Source of the DNA: Sminthopsis crassicaudata | Taxonomy: Eukaryota | Length of the DNA: 64,000 nt | Direction: 5' to 3' | Assembly: GCF_048593235.1 (NCBI RefSeq) | Contig: NC_133620.1 | Location: 352,460,454-352,524,453 of the forward strand | Shown: piece by piece, positions 63,751 through 64,000 of the stretch | How the letters are laid out: each line of letters begins with the position of its first letter | How positions within the stretch are numbered: the stretch's first letter is position 1 | Notes under the pieces: generated by a model | Database searches by the model: none | Told to the model about the DNA's origin: nothing | The model's input: only the letters and a program-made list of their open reading frames with translations | Made by a program: the position numbers and the translations under genes

Positions 63751-64000
63751 CTGAAAGGGAAAAGTCCATCCAGCAAGATTAAATTGAGGTGACTGTTGGC
63801 ATTTAAAGCCCTTCACTATCTGATTCCAATTTCTTTTCAGCAGTCAAGAAGACTGGGTTCAAATCCTACCTCAGATACTTACTAGCTATATGCTCAAGTT
63901 ACTTAATCTTTTTTTCAACTGTAAAACAAGGGATACAATGTATATTCATTTATAAAACAAGCCTCTAAGGTCTCTTCTAAGCATAAATCTATGATACTAA

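Noticed and set aside
63343-63792. 149-aa ORF antisense to the KRT38-like last exon
   Set aside because: TTG start, no promoter or homology evidence

Overview
Vertebrate genomic DNA from a draft assembly with five N gaps. The SINE/LINE content (a WSINE1-like element, MAR1/MIR-like SINEs, L1 and L2) points to a marsupial, probably a dasyurid such as Tasmanian devil; this is inference. The window is part of the type I hair-keratin cluster, with all genes on the minus strand. It holds four 7-exon genes and the last exon of a fifth: a KRT33-position gene (1265-9584), KRT34-like (17984-21143), KRT31-like (31650-35056), KRT37-like (46393-57479) and KRT38-like exon 7 (63615-63750). Exon sizes follow the type I pattern (83/157/162/126/221 nt) with GT-AG junctions, and gene order matches the human cluster except that no KRT41 is visible. 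Main second-look items: (1) a 1-nt deletion with an immediate TAG in exon 6 of gene 1, possibly rescued by a tandem acceptor; (2) a shared promoter module (TATA, CACCC, HOX13 site, an inverted GAGTCC pair, a MAF/CNC-like element, LEF1 site) with apparent LEF1-site turnover in KRT34; (3) a HOX13-type motif conserved just past the poly(A) signal of three paralogs; (4) an in-frame upstream ATG running through the KRT34 TATA box; (5) exon 1 homogenisation between paralogs; (6) a ~99% identical 675-bp direct repeat flanking KRT37 exon 1; (7) a four-hairpin cluster in KRT37 intron 1. I found no evidence of a wholly new gene system. All counts and alignments were done by eye, and human comparisons are recalled from memory and need checking.
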